64,000 nucleotides of DNA from Squalus acanthias. Its lineage: Eukaryota. A model generated the notes under the pieces. It was not told where the DNA came from. It saw only the letters and a program-made list of their open reading frames with translations, and did no database searches. Where the stretch lies: contig CM059432.1 in assembly GCA_030390025.1 (NCBI GenBank), positions 109,122,001 to 109,186,000 of the forward strand, read 5' to 3'. Numbering within the stretch: the first letter of the stretch is position 1; the number at the start of each line of letters is the position of its first letter. Positions 63,024 to 64,000 of the stretch are shown in pieces. A program made the translations under genes and the position numbers.

Positions 63024-64000
63024 GGTGAGTTTGATGGTGGGATGGAACTCTAATTAACAGACTATTTACTAACCTAGCTGGAATAAACTTAAAAACTTTA
63101 AGAAAGCCAAGTAAAAGCACTTACCAGATACTCACCAATCAGCTCCCTCCCCTGCAGCAGGCAGCAGATGAGTTGGCATCCAGTCTGCACGGTCATGAGC
63201 ATGGTCTGCATGGACTCATTTGAGAGCCTTGCTTGAAGCTCTATGGAGGTGGACTCTCTCTCCACGGCAGATATTCTCACAATTCCCTGCGCCACTAATG
63301 CACTAGCGATCGAGTTGGACTCCTACATCTTCTCCGCTATTGTGGAGAGTGTGAATGGCACGTCTGTTTGGACCTGGCTAAGTTTCTGATGCCATCTCTA
63401 GCATTCTCCTTCTCAACGATAGCCCCCGGGGTTCAGCATCTGTGTGCAGCTGAGCAGAGCTTGGAGAGGATTGCATCCCCGACCCAGACTCTCCACAGCT
63501 GTCCCTGCCACCAGTGTCTGCTCGTGCTCACTTGTGTGAGGTGTGAATCACCAGGTGAAAACCCAACTATCTGTGTAAGTGGATGCACTGAAGTTCGAGT
63601 ATCTGCGCTGGTGCATGGCTGCAGGTCCTGTGATGGTGCACCCTCAGAAGGAATGAGCTCCTCTGTGGAATCGCCCTCATGGATGTCCTGCGACACTTGT
63701 TGTATGCGTGAAGGCCCTGGAAGACAAAAGAAAGGGATATGATTTATTCATGGCAACGTCACAATCTTGACAATCACCATACTCAGTCATCTCATAGTTC
63801 AGACATTGATGAAATGCAGTCAGCACATGTGTGTCAGAGATATTTATAATTCTGTCACCAGCTATCTGCGAGCGCCCTGTCTCTCTATCTCCGACTGAGA
63901 GGGACACAAATGTGCCACTTATCTCCAAGGCCTCCTCCTCTGCATCTGTGAGCTGGATTATTTGTGGTGGCCCACCTCTAGTCCTCTCCCTTCTGTTTTG

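Larger units (their letters stand above)
61577..63047 (-). mobile_element. Penelope-like element, 5'-truncated
   Basis: 8-bp duplication ctctaatt (61569-61576, 63048-63055), RT/GIY-YIG ORF and hammerhead motif. Confidence 0.9.
57592..63160 (-). mobile_element. Near full-length CR1 LINE (5' UTR split by a Penelope insertion)
   Basis: (attctatg)n tail at 57592-57610, ORF2, ORF1, and probable 5' UTR continuing at 63048-63160. Confidence 0.92.
55616..64000. mobile_element. Harbinger family E (runs off the window), hosting nested MITE, CR1 and Penelope insertions
   Basis: ggggaattttagccc left end; transposase N-terminal and C-terminal stubs at ~56080-56320 (EEEEQDEVEDE...AYIAARDARD); Myb-gene exons on - at 63858-64000 (TRGGPP), 63160-63718 and 57240-57590. 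Confidence 0.7.

Overview
Eukaryotic, repeat-dense, apparently intergenic or intronic DNA. The repeat families (DeuSINE-like SINEs, CR1, L2, Penelope, Harbinger) suggest a cartilaginous fish, which is an inference. No host protein-coding exon could be supported. The main content is: (1) a near-intact 4.36 kb Gypsy LTR retrotransposon (11628-15984; AAAT TSD, tRNA-Trp PBS, one nonsense codon in gag); (2) six PIF/Harbinger-type elements of four families, all with an internally deleted transposase but retaining all or part of a convergent, spliced Myb/SANT gene, plus many short Harbinger-like MITEs with 3-bp TSDs; (3) many CR1 LINE pieces, including a near full-length copy; (4) Penelope-like elements carrying minimal hammerhead-ribozyme motifs; (5) a ~1.2 kb 21-bp minisatellite; (6) several nested insertions up to three levels deep. 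Family names come from recognised motifs, not database searches.
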